Shown in pieces: positions 29,814 through 32,000 of a stretch of DNA of 32,000 nt. The notes beneath the pieces are model-generated. The model was not told the origin of the DNA, did no database searches, and saw only the letters and a program-made list of their open reading frames with translations. The stretch is taken from assembly GCF_001272835.1 (NCBI RefSeq), contig NZ_CP010546.1, forward strand, positions 30,001 to 62,000. The letters run 5' to 3'. This DNA comes from Mycoplasmoides pneumoniae FH. Its GTDB lineage: Bacteria > Bacillota_I > Bacilli_A > Mycoplasmatales > Mycoplasmoidaceae. Position 1 is the stretch's first letter. Each line of letters begins with the position of its first letter. The translations under genes were made by a program, and so were the position numbers.

Positions 29814-31501
29814 TGTTAGCGAAACAGAAAAACTGGGAGCAGAATTACACTAACTTTAAAAAGCAGTTTGAACACAAGCTTTTAGATCCGAAGAGCTTTA
29901 GCTTAACTGATGTGTATAACCTCTTTAGTGGTTTTCAACAAAGTGTAGCTGACACGGTTAAGCTAATGAATGAATTGCAAACTCAGGTAAATAAAGCTAA
30001 CGACATTTACCCAGTGGAAAGCTTTCAAGTGCCTAAGGTACCACAAAAGCTATTTGGATTTGTCGACCAGGGCTTCTTTCCGAAGTTAAACCCGAAGGGC
30101 TTGAACATTGCTGATAACGTGGCTTACTTGTTTGAGAAGTACAGCCTAAAACAAGCAACCCTTAAAGACTTTGACATCGTTTTGGAAAAGAAGAACGACA
30201 TTGTGTTGGAACACAAGGTGCGTTATAACTTTGCTTTGCAATTTCACTTTGAAACTACATACATAGGTAGCGGTGGCGAAATTAACCTACAGTTTGCACT
30301 GCAAGCTTCCACCACTAACTTTAGTAGTTTAGAGGAATTGCAAGCTAGCTTTAGTAAGGTAGGTAATAATTTAACTGCTCAATTGTTCTGAAAACCAGTT
30401 GTAACCAAGCTCACTTCTGGAGAAAATGACTTAACTCACATTGCTCAAACCGCCGTTGGGGAAAGTTTATTTGACAGCAGGGTTGACTTAACATCCTCTA
30501 TTATTAACAACGAAGCAGCCATTAAAACTACTCAGCAACAATTTGAAACAGAGGCTTTAGCACTTTTTAAAGCAGAACGTGAAAAAGCTTTAGCGGAATA
30601 TAAAGCAGAGCAAGAACGAATTGCTAAAGAACTTGAAGAACAAAGAAAAGAATTAGAACGTCTCAAAAAAGAACAACAAAATAAACAAGAGTTAGTAGAG
30701 TCCTTATACAATGTTGCTAACTTTGTTAGTTATTGAGAAAAGCGTGGCAAGGACGTTACTGACAAAAAACAATTAATTCAAGCACTTAAATCAGCTTTTG
30801 CTACCAACTGAAACGAAGTGTTTCAATTATTAACTGCTGGAATGCGTGAAGGTATTAAGGAGTATTACAAACATAATAAACCTGACCAAAGCGCTAATGC
30901 TAAAAAAGCCTTTGGCCAAAATGGTCTTGCATTTCCGCGAACTGGCTTTGATGGTATCTACATGTCTGACTGGCTTCGTGGTGAATTGAGGAATAAGGGT
31001 AACATCAATCTCCATCTCAAACAAAACGAAACCACCGTTAAAAAGATTAGGGATGACATTAGTATCGAATGAAATGAAAGCAAGGGCGGTATTGAGTTTC
31101 ACCAAACTTACCCTTACTGATTTGAATTTGAAGTTAACTTTAAGTACATTGGTGGTTACTCCTTAAACTGATGGGATGCCATTTGAGCTAAAGTAGCTGG
31201 GATCCCAGGTTCTTGAAAGGGTGAAATGAACTTAAAGCTAGTTATTGATGGTGAAATTCATAAGTGAATGGTAACCAAGCCAGACTATCCTGGAACCTTC
31301 TTTCCATTTGATGACCAGTTTGATAAGCTTTGATTCACCTTGCACGTTAGTCAAGAAATTAGTGTAAGGGATGAATCCTTCATGAATTTGCTCAAGAAAC
31401 AAGGATTAGATAAATTAGATCTTCGAACAGGATCAACCAAACCACCAGTAGTCGATCTAGCTAGCTACCTCCACTACTTGATTTTGGCAGACAAGAGTTA
31501 A
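29603..31501 (+). CDS. Second-locus paralog 6, intact (632 aa)
   Basis: ATG 29603 starts the gene. Fragments 29603-30391 and 30818-31072 and the remainder share one frame, joined only by TGA, to TAA 31499-31501. The leader is MRFRYKAFLLTLFASTTTLTGFII. Blocks are related to the island family (DVYNLFSGF, GFFPKLNPKGLNI, DIVLEHKVRYNFALQF, STTNFSS), followed by a KE-rich coiled coil, a W-rich C-domain and the tail TKPPVVDLASYLHYLIL. Confidence 0.85.
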
Positions 31502-31712
31502 TAACTAAATTAACTATCAAAAAGTTTAAGGGCATCTACCTAAATAGGTGTCCTTTTACTTTACCTTTCAAACTAAACAAAAAATACTCTGTTGGAGTAG
31601 ATTTTTTCCTCTCTAACCCTTTTAAGTATTGGTTGTAAGTGGTAATAAACGCTTCGTGATGAAAATCAAAAGTTCATTAGTTTAGGTTAATAAATTTAAG
31701 TAAAAATTAAAT

Positions 31713-31940
31713 ATGCTTAATTGATTTAAAAAAATTTTTTTCTCTGATTGAGGTGGAGCAGAAGATAAGCAGAATAAAAATAAGAAAAATGAACAAGCTG
31801 TTTTTGTAGATAAAGTAATGAGTAGAACAGATTTAACTGATGAAGAAAAAACAAATTCTAGTTGATTACTATCAGATGTTAGATGACTATTTGGACGATG
31901 ATTGAGACTAACTAAAACCACCCCGTGGGGTAGTTTTTAA
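31713..31940 (+). CDS. Candidate small Trp-rich ORF (75 aa), code-4 only
   Basis: ATG 31713 to TAA 31938-31940 with six in-frame TGA and no TAA/TAG in an AT-rich stretch (MLNWFKKIFFSDWGGAEDKQNKNKKNEQAVFVDKVMSRTDLTDEEKTNSSWLLSDVRWLFGRWLRLTKTTPWGSF). The terminator-like hairpin overlaps its stop. I recognise no homology. The competing minus-strand 79-aa ORF looks low-complexity. Confidence 0.25.
31914..31938 (+). terminator. Terminator-like hairpin with T-run
   Basis: AAAACCACCC-CGTG-GGGTAGTTTT forms a 10-bp stem with one C/A mismatch and a 4-nt loop, ending in T5 (31934-31938). It could terminate the paralog-6 / small-ORF transcript. Confidence 0.4.
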
Positions 31941-32000
31941 TTTTAAGAACTAACCTTGTCTTAGTCTAAACTAGCTCATTTTAGTGTTCTTTTAACAGCT

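Noticed and set aside
1-32000. Reading the many TGA breaks as evidence of massive pseudogenisation
   Set aside because: The breaks are exclusively TGA, they fall at Trp-like positions, and they occur in essential genes (polC, aaRS). Only the TAA, TAG and frame-change lesions listed in the findings are treated as real disruptions.
1-32000. Search by eye for tRNA, rRNA or other structured RNA genes in the intergenic regions (11115-11391, 16162-16424, 16800-17176, 21294-21616, 27280-27505, 31502-31712)
   Set aside because: I saw no cloverleaf-compatible segments with GTTCGAATC-like T-loops and no rRNA-like conserved blocks. The regions are AT-rich with only the hairpins and boxes already listed. 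Small ncRNAs cannot be excluded without transcript data.

Overview
This is a Mollicutes chromosome segment that must be translated with genetic code 4 (UGA=Trp). Almost every break in the supplied ORF track is an in-frame TGA. Joining same-frame fragments gives full-length housekeeping proteins, and every reconstructed gene ends in TAA or TAG.

Gene content and order are: rpoE tail, fba, ychF, GNAT-like, GT2 glycosyltransferase, efp, nusB, membrane protein, DJ-1-like, upp, polC, an accessory island, glpF, tdk, hisS, aspS, NAMPT/PncB-like. From memory this matches the Mycoplasma pneumoniae MPN024-MPN049 region, syntenic with M. genitalium MG022-MG037. I could not run a search to confirm this.

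Two accessory loci stand out.
- An island of about 10 kb lies between polC and glpF. It holds four head-to-tail ~670-aa paralogs with a hydrophobic leader, a KE-rich coiled coil and a Trp-rich C-domain. I recall this family as MG032/MG096/MG288 (Pfam DUF237+DUF240). Two opposite-strand DUF16-type coiled-coil genes interrupt the array.
- A two-copy locus of a divergent branch of the same family lies downstream of the NAMPT-like gene.

Several genes carry single lesions:
- an in-frame TAA in the DJ-1/PfpI homolog;
- an in-frame TAG in island paralog 3;
- a frame change across A-runs in one DUF16 gene;
- ATG>ATC at the start, plus a 3' frameshift, in paralog 5.

The paralogs share a conserved upstream element and show local near-identity tracts suggestive of gene conversion. 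I saw no rRNA, tRNA, CRISPR array, transposase or integrase.
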